Shown: one piece after another, positions 48,750 to 58,774 of the stretch | Layout of the letters: the number at the start of each line of letters is the position of its first letter | Position numbering within the stretch: the first letter of the stretch is position 1 | DNA from: Patescibacteria group bacterium | Lineage (GTDB): Bacteria; Patescibacteriota; Microgenomatia; UBA1400; PJMF01 | Reading direction: 5' to 3' | Assembly: GCA_039934415.1 (NCBI GenBank) | Contig: JBDTME010000001.1 | Coordinates: 137,417 to 201,416, forward strand | Length of the DNA: 64,000 bases | Translations under genes and position numbers: made by a program | The notes under the pieces: model-generated | Told to the model about the DNA's origin: nothing | Databases searched by the model: none | What the model saw: the letters and a program-made list of their open reading frames with translations, nothing else

Positions 48750-50293
48750 TTTTTAGTATAAGCTTATTATTCAGATTTCAAAAAATCCATGTCCCTTTTT
48801 GGGTCGACGAGTTTTCTACAGCAAATCAGGCAGCATTACTACAAAAATACTCCTGGAAGTTATTTACCCAAAAAGACCGATATATTGAAGCTAGAAGCTT
48901 GAGTACTACTTCAATAGTGGCTGGTTCATTTTTAATCTTTGGTAAATCGGAAGAATCCGCACGATTACCAATTGAGATTATTGGATCTCTTATTCCTTTT
49001 CTTGTATTCTACTTATCAAAAATTCTTGTGCCGGAGCGCAAAGTTGTTAGGTTTAGTGCAACGTTATTAAGTATTACATCCTATTTTTTGATAACTTGGT
49101 CTAGGCAAGCTCGAGGATATGCATTACAGGAATTTTTACTATTACTAACGGTTATAGGTTATTTTCTCTTCTTCAATCATTCGAACATCCGAAAAAAAAT
49201 ATTTTGGCTAGTAATGTCTGGTCTTTCCATTATATTGGGATTGCTCACCCATCCAAGTTTCTTAATCGTCCCCATGTGTTTATTTACCCACCTAGTTTTA
49301 GTGCATAAAGAGCAACTTTTAAAGTTTCCCAAGAAGCGTTGGCTGACTTCCATCACAGCAGCAATTATTGGCTTGGTGGGTATCTTCTTTTTCAAAACCG
49401 GCTTGCTAGAACAAATCGTAACTCAGTGTCTTTCACTAGTTACACACGGGTTATCTAACAACATTTGGTACTACCACTCATTTCTGTGGAGAGAGTACGG
49501 TTTAGTTACTTTATTAGGAATAATAGGTTTGTTGTATTTAGTCATAAATAACTTTAAGAAGGGAATCTTGTTAACTGGAATTCTGGTAAGTTATCTTATT
49601 TTCGTATGTTTCTTATTCCCAGCAGTTGACTCCAGATATATTTTGCCAATTTTCCCATATCTGTTAGTGGGAATGGCTATATCTCTAGACTTACTCATTC
49701 AGTCAGTCTTTACTAAAGTAAATAAGAAGAGCAGTGAAAAGCAGCTATTAATATCTGTTTTGAGTGGTTGCTGTACTATTCTTGTCATACTAAATGGTCA
49801 CAAGTTTGATATTAAACCGAATAGTTTTTACTCTGTTAATCACGACTTTAGAGAGATTGCATTGATCGATTATGATCAAGTTTACTCAGTTATTAAGCAG
49901 AAAGGAGATTTAGCATCTGGAAAAACAGCCGTCATAGATACTTGGCCAGATCGACTAGAATGGTATCTAGGATTAGATTTTGAGCCTAATTATGTACTCA
50001 GGTGGGAAGATGCCGGTTTTATGAAACAGACACCGTTTAGGTTGCAATCTAATGGCGACAAAGTGCTTGTTGGTCGAAGTCAAACCAAACTCATCGCAAC
50101 TCAGCAAGACTTACTCAAGGTGTTATCACTTTATCCAAAGGGATTTATCTGGATAGATGACACATCTTTACCTGCTGAAGTTATTGATTACGCAAGGACA
50201 CATTTTAGACAAGAATTATATTTGGATCATTATCCACTTGATGATAACCCCTACTCAGTCTGGCCTGGGACATTGTATAGCTGGGGCTATTGA
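48719..50293 (+). CDS. GT-C-fold membrane glycosyltransferase (PMT_2/ArnT-like)
   Basis: FWVDEF, SARLP, WSRQARGY and RYILPIFP motifs. Confidence 0.8.
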   Translation: MAKKTVVFILIFSISLLFRFQKIHVPFWVDEFSTANQAALLQKYSWKLFTQKDRYIEARSLSTTSIVAGSFLIFGKSEESARLPIEIIGSLIPFLVFYLSKILVPERKVVRFSATLLSITSYFLITWSRQARGYALQEFLLLLTVIGYFLFFNHSNIRKKIFWLVMSGLSIILGLLTHPSFLIVPMCLFTHLVLVHKEQLLKFPKKRWLTSITAAIIGLVGIFFFKTGLLEQIVTQCLSLVTHGLSNNIWYYHSFLWREYGLVTLLGIIGLLYLVINNFKKGILLTGILVSYLIFVCFLFPAVDSRYILPIFPYLLVGMAISLDLLIQSVFTKVNKKSSEKQLLISVLSGCCTILVILNGHKFDIKPNSFYSVNHDFREIALIDYDQVYSVIKQKGDLASGKTAVIDTWPDRLEWYLGLDFEPNYVLRWEDAGFMKQTPFRLQSNGDKVLVGRSQTKLIATQQDLLKVLSLYPKGFIWIDDTSLPAEVIDYARTHFRQELYLDHYPLDDNPYSVWPGTLYSWGY

Positions 50294-50348
50294 GCATGTA
50301 ACAATTGCGTTTTGCCAACTATAATGAGAACTGTGGAATAGAGGCAAG

Positions 50349-51539
50349 ATGTTAAAACAACTTTTTTTTCGGTCTGGAGCTTATTTTGTGGGACTAGTCT
50401 CAGTCAAACTTGTTGCGACTTTTTTATTCGTTTTTTTAGCTCGATTTTTGCAACCAGATTTATTCGGAAAGTTGACATACTTTTTGACAATATTGTCGTT
50501 GTTGACCTTGATAACAGACTGGGGATTAGTTCAATGGTTTCAAGTTCACAGAACTTCAACCAACGAAGCAACATTGATTTCAAGGCTTGTGAGTGCCCGT
50601 TTTTTTACATTAACAGTTTCTGTATGTATTTTTCTCCTGTTTTCACTATCTTTTCATTCTTTTAGTCTTGTCGAGTCAGTCTTGTTCATAGCCCTACTTG
50701 TACCTGAGGCATTTCTGAGTATCACAGATGGATATTATTTAGTTCGCCATCGATCTGTTCTAATTGCGTTTAAACAACTGTCGAAATATATTTTTCCAAT
50801 ACTACTGGTTGTTTTTGTTCAAGACAAATTAACAATGCAAAATGTCATACTCAGTTTTTTGATCAGTTCAATTTGTACTTTGGTTTGGTATGTTCCAAAA
50901 AAATTCTTTCAAGTACCCTCTTTTTCGGTTTCCCAAATCAAGGAAACTCTATCAGAGTCAAGTTCGTACGCGACTTTAATACTTACATCCGCTCTCTATA
51001 GTCGAGGAGATGCAATAATCCTCGAATCAAAATTGGGTAATACTGCACTTGGGTTGTACTCTGCGGGCTACCGTTATTTAGATGCAATGAGTTTATTGCC
51101 AGCAGCTTTTGCTCAAAACCTATTTCATATCTCAGCTCAAAAAGAAAGTATAAATAAGCAGAAGATAATCACGATGACTGCTGTAATGGGTGGTTTGGGT
51201 GTTTTGTTTGGAGCATGTTTATTTGTATTCAGCCATTTCCTAACAACCGGATTGTTAGGTAGTGCTTATGAAGGTACTGAGATCATCGTAAAGATATTTG
51301 CTGTGGTTACTGTTCTCCTTTTTATTAACTCTCCATTAAGCACGATTGTTCAAAGCTCAACAGTTGTTAAGCAGTTTCTACCTTGGGGTATTATGAATAC
51401 AGTCTTAAACATTGGTTTGAATGTGGTTCTCATTCCTCTTGCTGGTGGAATAGGAGCAGCTTTCGTCATGTTATTTACTGAAGCGACTGGCTTATTAATC
51501 AATTTGTACTTTGTAAAACAGAGACTAAAAAAAGAATGA
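50349..51539 (+). CDS. Wzx-type flippase
   Basis: LARFLQP..FG, TDWGL, YSRGD..LGLYSAGYR and GGIGAA motifs. Confidence 0.85.
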   Translation: MLKQLFFRSGAYFVGLVSVKLVATFLFVFLARFLQPDLFGKLTYFLTILSLLTLITDWGLVQWFQVHRTSTNEATLISRLVSARFFTLTVSVCIFLLFSLSFHSFSLVESVLFIALLVPEAFLSITDGYYLVRHRSVLIAFKQLSKYIFPILLVVFVQDKLTMQNVILSFLISSICTLVWYVPKKFFQVPSFSVSQIKETLSESSSYATLILTSALYSRGDAIILESKLGNTALGLYSAGYRYLDAMSLLPAAFAQNLFHISAQKESINKQKIITMTAVMGGLGVLFGACLFVFSHFLTTGLLGSAYEGTEIIVKIFAVVTVLLFINSPLSTIVQSSTVVKQFLPWGIMNTVLNIGLNVVLIPLAGGIGAAFVMLFTEATGLLINLYFVKQRLKKE

Positions 51540-53077
51540 AAAAAAACGTCTCAATCGTCATCATTCATTACAAAACAATTGAGCTTTTAGAAAAATGCTT
51601 GAGTCGGCTTCAATTTGCAGGGCGATCTTTTGATATCATTGTTGTCGACAACGACTCAAAACAAGATTTCCACTCCTTGAAGAAGAGTTTTCCAGAAGTT
51701 CAATGGATTCTGAATGAGAGGAACAGAGGATTTTCTTTTGCAGCGAACCAGGGAATCTTAGCAGCTCATGCACGTTGGATTCTATTTCTTAACCCAGATG
51801 TACAGATCAGCAGCTATGAAGTTGAAGAGCTCTTTCACTACGCTGAAAAAGCACAATTGGATGCTCTTTCTCCTAATTTTAATGATGAAAGATATCGTAA
51901 GTCACTACCCACACTATCATCATTACTTTCAGAGTTTACTCCGTTAAATCAATTGAGTTATCCCAATACAGGACAGAAAACATTAGTAGGAGGTTGTCTT
52001 CTCATCCGGAAAAAAGTGATAGAAAAGATTGGTGGATGGGACGAAAGATTTTTTTTATGGTTTGAGGACAGCGACTTAACACAACGATTACTTTCCGCAA
52101 ACTTCCGAGTTGGATTTGCACCCTTTAACATAAAACATATTGGCGGCGCTTCAGTTGGCAAACTTAAAATAAATCTCAGAAACCAAACCTTCTTTCATTC
52201 TATGAATATTTATTCAATTAAGCATTTTTCTGGCTGGAAGCAAAAAGTGCTGCGATTTTTTGTCATCAATCGTTTTACCGCACAAAGTGGATATCCTATT
52301 TCTGAATCTGGATCGACATGGGTCGTACCTAATATGAAGTTAGAACTTTTGCTAAAATTCTTAGAGACTAATAGATACTTTTTTAGTTCTGCAGAACTCA
52401 CCATAGTGTCGTCTGTACTCAATACACAAAATATTTGGAAGTTAAGAGCAACTTTCCCAAGTGTGCGTTTTATTCCAATCACTAAGAATAAAGGTTTTAG
52501 CTCGACAGTTAATGTTGGTATGAGAGTTGCTACAACACCTTTGGTTGGAACACTGAACGATGATGTAATTCTTAATGCGGATACTCTTCCAGGGCTACTG
52601 GCTGCCTTTTCCCCATTGATCGGATCAATAAATCCAGTTATTTATTCAGAGCATGAAGAGCTGGAATCAGCTGGCATAAAAATTCTACCAAAAGGGAAAG
52701 CAGTACCTATTACGACGTTACCAGATGAAAACCTTACCTCTGTCTCAGCAACCAATGCAGCTTGTGTTCTTTATAATGCAAGTGCTCTTGCTGAAACAGG
52801 ATTATTTGACGAGAACTTCGGGTCCTATTTAGAGGACATTGACTTAAGTCTAAGGATAAGTAAACACGGCTTTTCGAACATCGTAGTTAAAGCCTCACAT
52901 GTTATTCATCTAAAACACTCTAGCTCGAAACATTTCGGAAAATACAAACAGTATCTAGACATGAAAAACTGGTGGTTAGTTATCTTGAAGAACTGGTCAA
53001 TCACACAAACCATTCAAAATTTCCCTATGATCCTTGTTGAACGGTTGAGAAACATATCAGGTCTGATCAAAAGTTAG
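51536..53077 (+). CDS. Tandem two-domain GT2 glycosyltransferase
   Basis: Domain 1: DNDS, NRGFSFAANQG, LNPD, FLWFEDSD. Domain 2: NKGFSSTVNVG, LNDD, SYLEDIDLSLR. Confidence 0.85.
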   Translation: MKKNVSIVIIHYKTIELLEKCLSRLQFAGRSFDIIVVDNDSKQDFHSLKKSFPEVQWILNERNRGFSFAANQGILAAHARWILFLNPDVQISSYEVEELFHYAEKAQLDALSPNFNDERYRKSLPTLSSLLSEFTPLNQLSYPNTGQKTLVGGCLLIRKKVIEKIGGWDERFFLWFEDSDLTQRLLSANFRVGFAPFNIKHIGGASVGKLKINLRNQTFFHSMNIYSIKHFSGWKQKVLRFFVINRFTAQSGYPISESGSTWVVPNMKLELLLKFLETNRYFFSSAELTIVSSVLNTQNIWKLRATFPSVRFIPITKNKGFSSTVNVGMRVATTPLVGTLNDDVILNADTLPGLLAAFSPLIGSINPVIYSEHEELESAGIKILPKGKAVPITTLPDENLTSVSATNAACVLYNASALAETGLFDENFGSYLEDIDLSLRISKHGFSNIVVKASHVIHLKHSSSKHFGKYKQYLDMKNWWLVILKNWSITQTIQNFPMILVERLRNISGLIKS

Positions 53078-53997
53078 CTTTTTTGCCAGATACTTGAGAA
53101 ATATTTTACCGTTTCGGCTACACCCTGCTCAATGCTTATTTTAGGTGACCATTTCAACTGCTCTTTTGCTTTTGTGCTATTTGCTACCAAAACGAGCGGA
53201 TCGCCTGGTCGATCTGGAAAGTGTTTAACTTTTGCAGGTTTTCCAATCTCTTTTTCAATCATTTTAATTACATCGATCACTTTTGTGGGATTTTCTGTCG
53301 AAATATTATAATAATGATATTGCTGAGGGTGTGACTCAGCATAGGAAAGTGCAAGCGAGTGTGCACTTACGACATCTGAAACATGAATAAAATCTCTTTG
53401 AAATTCGCCACTTCCCCACACTGTTACTTCTTCTTCATCATAGATTTGCTTAATAAAGCGTGGAATTGCATGAGACTCTGGTTCATGATGTTCTTCTGGC
53501 CCATATAGATTAAAATAACGTAAAGCAACACCCGTCATGTGATAACTAGAAACGTAAGACGAGACAAGTGCTTCCATAGCTAATTTGGTCATGCCGTAAG
53601 GGTTTATAGGCAAGGTTCTATCATCTTCATTAATTGGTACGCTGAGTGGTTCTCCATAAATTGCAGCACTTGAGGAAAATAAGAATAACGGTACTTGATT
53701 CTCTCTCATAGCATCAAGCACATTCAAGGTCCCTGAAATGTTGGAATCAATGAATTTCTGAGGGAATTTGACAGACTCGCCTGATTCAATCAGTGCTGCT
53801 AAATGAAAGACTGCATCAGCATCACGAATCAATCTCATCATAGACTCAGCATCTCGAATGTCAGCAATCTCAGTAGGCATTTCAGAACTTTCTCTGAGAT
53901 CAATATTTCGCACTTGGTGTCCTTCTGACATTAATGATCGACAAAGTTGTTTACCCAGAAAACCACTTCCACCTGTCACAATTATTTTCTTTGCCAT
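53074..53997 (-). CDS. UDP-glucose 4-epimerase-like (GalE family) SDR
   Basis: GGSGFLG, HLAALIESGESV, SSSAAIYG, NPYGMTK, LRYFN and RPGDP motifs. Confidence 0.88.
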   Translation of the reverse strand: MAKKIIVTGGSGFLGKQLCRSLMSEGHQVRNIDLRESSEMPTEIADIRDAESMMRLIRDADAVFHLAALIESGESVKFPQKFIDSNISGTLNVLDAMRENQVPLFLFSSSAAIYGEPLSVPINEDDRTLPINPYGMTKLAMEALVSSYVSSYHMTGVALRYFNLYGPEEHHEPESHAIPRFIKQIYDEEEVTVWGSGEFQRDFIHVSDVVSAHSLALSYAESHPQQYHYYNISTENPTKVIDVIKMIEKEIGKPAKVKHFPDRPGDPLVLVANSTKAKEQLKWSPKISIEQGVAETVKYFSSIWQKS

Positions 53998-54007
53998 AAT
54001 TTTCTCC

Positions 54008-55228
54008 TTAAGCGACCCAGTGTCCTTGAATAAACAACATGATATTAATAAAACTCAAAACTGAACAGACAACAATATAACCGATTTTAACAGTTTTATG
54101 TTGAGAAAAAATTTGACCTAAAATGAAGAAAATGGGCAAACAAACTATGACATAACGAGACATGCTGGAAAAGTTACCTGTCAATGTCGGGAGAAAAAAA
54201 GCACCAAAGCTAAATGCCAGCTCTGCGTATGATAATTTAAATGCCTTTTTTTTAATCGTACCAAATAGTAGAAAAATCAGCATAACTCCTGTCGTTACAA
54301 ATTCTTGAACATATGCAAAGTATTTCCAGTCAAAAGGTCTAGCGGTCCATAATATTTTTAAGTACCTCCAACATACTTGCAAGAATGGAACCAGATTTTG
54401 TTGCCTACCAGCGCCAAAGGATGATTGAACATGGAAAAAATAGAGCGGGTCACCAAAAGTAAGATACAGATACAGCATGTAACTCAGTAATCCGAAAATG
54501 CCACAACTTATTGCCGTGAACTGCCAAAAATGTTTTGAAAAAGTGTTCAACTTGTCCCAAAGACGAAAAGAGTGTGTCTTGCTAAGATAAAAATCAAATC
54601 CCAGTGCAGGAATCATGAAGATGCCAACAATTCTTGTTGCAGTAAGCAATATCAGAGCACCCATGAGACGTAACCACCAGCCTTTCTTATATGAATACAA
54701 ACAAAAAATCAGTAATAGTAGAAAAAGTGCTTCGGTGTAAATAGCATGTAAAAAGAATGCAGTAGGAAAAAAGAGAAAACTGATAAAGATATCTTTTCTT
54801 TGTTGGAGCTCGTATTTTAAAGCAAGATATTTATTTAAAATGTAGAAAAAAAATACAGAACAAACAAAACTGAAACTTAGACTGAAAATAAACTGGAAAT
54901 TCCGAAGTCCAACTGTTGTTTGCGGTATAAAATGTGAGATTGCAGCTGCTACAGCTCCAATAACCAATGGGTAAACCGGAAAATAGGCTTGTAGGAGGCC
55001 AACTCCTTTATAACCCCTTTCGGAAATGATGATATACGCTCCTCCATCAAAATTCCCCCATCGCTTTACCCATGTGGGTAAAGTAGATTCTTGCTCAAGA
55101 GCATAGTTTGAAAATGTGTTTGTAAAAGGAATGGTGTACAGAGCAATGCCACCCAAGCAAAACAAGATCATCCACCACAATGAAGTTATTGAAAAAACCC
55201 TGAATAGTGACCATTCTTGATTAACCAT
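54008..55228 (-). CDS. PIG-V-like (GT76) polyprenyl-P-mannose-dependent mannosyltransferase family
   Basis: WGNFDG.Y..I...GY, AYFPVYP, FFPTAFFL..IYTEALF and SMSRY motifs. Confidence 0.8.
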   Translation of the reverse strand: MVNQEWSLFRVFSITSLWWMILFCLGGIALYTIPFTNTFSNYALEQESTLPTWVKRWGNFDGGAYIIISERGYKGVGLLQAYFPVYPLVIGAVAAAISHFIPQTTVGLRNFQFIFSLSFSFVCSVFFFYILNKYLALKYELQQRKDIFISFLFFPTAFFLHAIYTEALFLLLLIFCLYSYKKGWWLRLMGALILLTATRIVGIFMIPALGFDFYLSKTHSFRLWDKLNTFSKHFWQFTAISCGIFGLLSYMLYLYLTFGDPLYFFHVQSSFGAGRQQNLVPFLQVCWRYLKILWTARPFDWKYFAYVQEFVTTGVMLIFLLFGTIKKKAFKLSYAELAFSFGAFFLPTLTGNFSSMSRYVIVCLPIFFILGQIFSQHKTVKIGYIVVCSVLSFINIMLFIQGHWVA

Positions 55229-56885
55229 TTTTTGTTGTAGTGCTACTTGTCCATCTATGTTTCAAATACCCAAAACCCAGAGCGATGACTGATATCAAGG
55301 TGATTGAATTACCTATTATGCGAGCTGGTGTCCATTGGGTAAAGGTGGAATGAATCAGAAAAGTACCGATCGGGAGCTCAAACGCAATTCTGCCTTGAGT
55401 TAACTCAGTATTCAAATATTGCACATTTCTTGTTTTTCCATCAGAGCTAACTACACTTGTTTGCCAACCAGAAAATTTCATCGTTGGTTCAATGATTGTG
55501 CTGGGTGTTTCCAAAGATAAAGAGTAGGTACGATGTGAACCCGTCCAATCACTGACTGTTGACTCACCAACACCCTCTATTAATGGTCTTGGTTGCCAGT
55601 CGCCAATGTTTAAATATGTAAATTCTTTTGTTCTATTCTCATTTTGAGTTGAAGTGCTCTGGGGATACAAATCGTAATCAATTTGATTTCTATGAAAAAA
55701 ATCAACTGGTTTGAGCTGACCAATCACATACACAGTAATGAAGCATAGCGCTAACAAGACTTTTTTCAGGTTTCTTGAAATTAGACTTGATGATTCCGCC
55801 CATAATATGGGGACGAGTGCTCCCAAAAGAATAGAAAGTCTCCAAGGAAATTGAATAATCTGTAGTGTAGGCACTAACTTCCAAAAATAGAAAGAAGTGG
55901 GAGTCTGTAAAAATATAAGAATGAGCACTGTTGTTGTCCAGAGCAAGATTTTTGTGGGTACATGGACTTTTTTGAAGAACGACTTGAAAAGAATAATGCT
56001 TGAAATCCAGATGACAAACAAAGTACTTATTCCAAGTTGGAAGCCGAGTGAGTCTACTGGCCCTGGATTTGAGAATCCAAAACCTAGCTGGCCAAATGCC
56101 AACTGATTGATCGTGGCAAAGTGATCAAAGAAATGATTTGCAATTCCAGCATCTCTTACTACAGTTTGGCTTGCTTCAACAAGAGCAGGTAACCAAAACC
56201 AGAGCGATAACGCTAAGCTGTAGAAAAAATTGAGAAAAATTGCAAACACAGCTTTTTTATTTTTATTATCAAATATTTTTACTACAGCAAATAAAAGTAT
56301 GATTGGTAAGGATATAAGAACCGTAACATTGTGACTGAGTAAATAGAGAGATGAAATTGAGATTGTGAACAATGTAGGTTTTTGTTTTTTTATAAGTTCA
56401 TTGATTGACCAAAAAACCCAGGGCAAAAGAGAAGCAGCTAACAACTCTCCCATACTACCTCTGAATAAAATGAGATTAACAATGTACGGTTGAATGCCGA
56501 ACAGCACCATACCTATCACTATAATGAACAATGATTTTCGTTCACTATGAAGCAATTTGTATACTCCCAACAATCCTCCGATGAAACTCATGATACTAAT
56601 TATTTTAAAAGTGGTTTCTGGATTTACCTTGATGAGGCTAAATGGGACTGACAAGAGATTAGGTAATGGATAATTAAAATTGAAGACGGGATATCCGTAG
56701 TGATTCATAAGATTCGGGGCGAATCTCGGCGGAAACTGACCTTCCTTTAAAGCAATTTTATAATTTGCAAAACGAGCAAGATGGTTTTCACCATCATTGG
56801 TATACGGGAATCCAGAACGGAAGTATGTGTGGAATACGACTAAAGTAAGCGAAAATATTAATAGGCTTAAGAGTACTCTCTTCAT
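55221..56885 (-). CDS. GT-C-type membrane protein ('PTPS-related'/YfhO-like family)
   Basis: DGENHLAR, GQFPPR, GYPVFNFNYP, RGSMGE, LSHN, FWLPAL and QFPWRL. ATG 56885 in an ATGA overlap. Confidence 0.75.
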   Translation of the reverse strand: MKRVLLSLLIFSLTLVVFHTYFRSGFPYTNDGENHLARFANYKIALKEGQFPPRFAPNLMNHYGYPVFNFNYPLPNLLSVPFSLIKVNPETTFKIISIMSFIGGLLGVYKLLHSERKSLFIIVIGMVLFGIQPYIVNLILFRGSMGELLAASLLPWVFWSINELIKKQKPTLFTISISSLYLLSHNVTVLISLPIILLFAVVKIFDNKNKKAVFAIFLNFFYSLALSLWFWLPALVEASQTVVRDAGIANHFFDHFATINQLAFGQLGFGFSNPGPVDSLGFQLGISTLFVIWISSIILFKSFFKKVHVPTKILLWTTTVLILIFLQTPTSFYFWKLVPTLQIIQFPWRLSILLGALVPILWAESSSLISRNLKKVLLALCFITVYVIGQLKPVDFFHRNQIDYDLYPQSTSTQNENRTKEFTYLNIGDWQPRPLIEGVGESTVSDWTGSHRTYSLSLETPSTIIEPTMKFSGWQTSVVSSDGKTRNVQYLNTELTQGRIAFELPIGTFLIHSTFTQWTPARIIGNSITLISVIALGFGYLKHRWTSSTTTKNG

Positions 56886-57967
56886 AGGATATTTCGATAA
56901 ACTTGTACTGTCTCTTGAGCAGCTTTTTTCCACGAAAAACGGTATAACGTTTCGTTATTCAGAGCTACTCTCTTGTTTTTTTCGGCTGAGGATAAATTTA
57001 TTACCCGTTTGATACCATTAGCGATATCAGCGTGTTGTAATCCAACAAATTCAACACCATTACCTCCTATCTCAAGCAACGCAGGTGTGTTGCTCGAAAT
57101 AACTTGAGTACCACACTGCATAGCCTCAAGTAGTGGCAGACCAAAGCCTTCGTATAATGATGGTTGTACATACGCTTCTGCTGCAGTGTAGATAGCTGAG
57201 AGCGATTCTGTATCTTCTTTAGGAACATTGGTTATAAAGTGCACACGATTAGATACAGAGCTAAGTTGTACTTCAATTGCTTTCCATTCAGGGATAGGAA
57301 GAGGCTTAAAATTTGCTCCTACACAAACTAAGTGAATATTTGAATCAACTAAAGCTAAAGCCTTTACTAATTCTGGGATATTCTTGTTATAGTTGATATC
57401 CCCTACGTATAACAAATATTGATTAGGAAGATCATATCTTTTCCTGATTTGAGCTACGACGTGTGCAGAGCTTTTTTTAATTTCTGGATTGCCAGCTAAT
57501 GGAATTGCGGTGATTTTTTGCTGTGGGACTGGCAAATATCTAGTAATGTCTTGTTTTGAAGTTTGTGAGTCGGTTATGACAGCTGCGACACTTTTCAGTG
57601 CTTGTTTTTGTAAAAATAAACCAACATTGCCAGCAATACCTACTGGGTAGTGTGTAGGATAAAGCAAAGGAATCACATCATGAATTGTTACTACGACCTT
57701 CTGTGAGCTTCTGCCTAGGAACTGGTTTATGGCAGGTAATGGCAGTGTTTGTTGAAATAAATTGAAGTAGGGATAGTGAATAATATCAATCCCTTTTTTA
57801 CTCATGAAAGCATTAAATTGCTCCAATCCAATATCTTCACTTGTAAAATATTCATCTTGAGTGTTTTGCAGTTTTTCTAATTCTTGTGACAGGAATTTGG
57901 TATACACTCCAACACCTCTAATGGCATTAGCATTGCGTAGTGGAGATGTTTCGAGTAAAACCTTCAT
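56882..57967 (-). CDS. GT4 glycosyltransferase (MtfB-like)
   Basis: RGVGVY, TIHDVIP, VGDINYNKN and PSLYEGFGLPLLEAM. ATG 57967 in an ATGA overlap. Confidence 0.88.
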   Translation of the reverse strand: MKVLLETSPLRNANAIRGVGVYTKFLSQELEKLQNTQDEYFTSEDIGLEQFNAFMSKKGIDIIHYPYFNLFQQTLPLPAINQFLGRSSQKVVVTIHDVIPLLYPTHYPVGIAGNVGLFLQKQALKSVAAVITDSQTSKQDITRYLPVPQQKITAIPLAGNPEIKKSSAHVVAQIRKRYDLPNQYLLYVGDINYNKNIPELVKALALVDSNIHLVCVGANFKPLPIPEWKAIEVQLSSVSNRVHFITNVPKEDTESLSAIYTAAEAYVQPSLYEGFGLPLLEAMQCGTQVISSNTPALLEIGGNGVEFVGLQHADIANGIKRVINLSSAEKNKRVALNNETLYRFSWKKAAQETVQVYRNIL

Positions 57968-58758
57968 GTTAACTCCTTGTTCTTTTTTTCGAGCAATTCC
58001 CAAAGTTTTAGATATGACACAGGAAAATATAGGCCGCTATAGAGAGCAAACACAAACCCTGGGTAGCCGTCTACAAAGCCTTTGTGTCGAATGAATATGC
58101 TTAAAAAAATCATTAGAGGTTTGAATACCAAGTAAACGATGGTGTTTTTGATACTTATGTTGACTTTAGCTTCCCGCAACTGAGTTGCTTTTAATGACGT
58201 GTAATCATTCCACTTTCGCAAATATTCAGTAAACGTCGGGCTGCTGTAGTGAAGCAAATGACCATCTGCCCAACCTAAGTCACCATCTACATCCATTTGT
58301 TCGTGCACATCTTTTTGTGGCAAACGAGCTTTGCCGTTTTGGTACAAACGAATAACTGGATCTGGATATTGACCACCTTTTGTTAAAAATTTATTTAAGA
58401 ACCAATTTTTTCTTTTTATCCACCAGGCACTTGGCAGTTTTTTTTCATCGTGATGCATCATCTTCGTATGAACTTGCTGTATGAAATTAGCTAACTCATC
58501 ATCAACTACCTCATCGGCATCAAGCTGTAGTACTAACTCACCTTTCGCTTCGTTCATCGCCAACTGCTTGTTAATATGAAAAACTGGTTTGTTTGTGGTC
58601 TTTATTACTCTGGCACCAAGTTTTTTAGCAATTTCAACCGTATTATCAGTCGATGTACCATCAACCACAATTATTTCATCAGTAAATTTTTTTACCGATT
58701 GTAAACAACGAGCAATATTTTTCTCTTCATTGTATGTAGCTAGAACAACTGAAATCAT
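57964..58758 (-). CDS. GT2 glycosyltransferase (beta-1,4-glucosyltransferase WaaE/LgtF-like)
   Basis: TYNEE, STDNT, LDADE, YPD..RL, VHE and GFVDG motifs. Confidence 0.88.
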   Translation of the reverse strand: MISVVLATYNEEKNIARCLQSVKKFTDEIIVVDGTSTDNTVEIAKKLGARVIKTTNKPVFHINKQLAMNEAKGELVLQLDADEVVDDELANFIQQVHTKMMHHDEKKLPSAWWIKRKNWFLNKFLTKGGQYPDPVIRLYQNGKARLPQKDVHEQMDVDGDLGWADGHLLHYSSPTFTEYLRKWNDYTSLKATQLREAKVNISIKNTIVYLVFKPLMIFLSIFIRHKGFVDGYPGFVFALYSGLYFPVSYLKLWELLEKKNKELT

Positions 58759-58774
58759 ATTTTTTTATAAACAA

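Noticed and set aside
40859-51546. A/T homopolymers of 8-9 nt near 5' ends of glycan genes (e.g. 40859-40867, 42220-42227, 45014-45022, 51539-51546) as phase-variation switches
   Set aside because: All frames are intact, such runs are common in AT-rich DNA and Lys/Phe-rich N-termini, and I saw no long poly-G/C tracts. Read-level length variation would be needed to support it.
55221-56885. Pterin biosynthesis, suggested by the '6-pyruvoyl-tetrahydropterin synthase-related' family name
   Set aside because: The protein is a multi-TM GT-C-like membrane protein without PTPS catalytic motifs; the family name is misleading.
8495-58758. Classical LPS O-antigen cluster
   Set aside because: There are no lipid A, Kdo, heptose, Wzz or outer-membrane export genes. 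The WaaL-, WaaE- and Wzx-like calls are family-level only.
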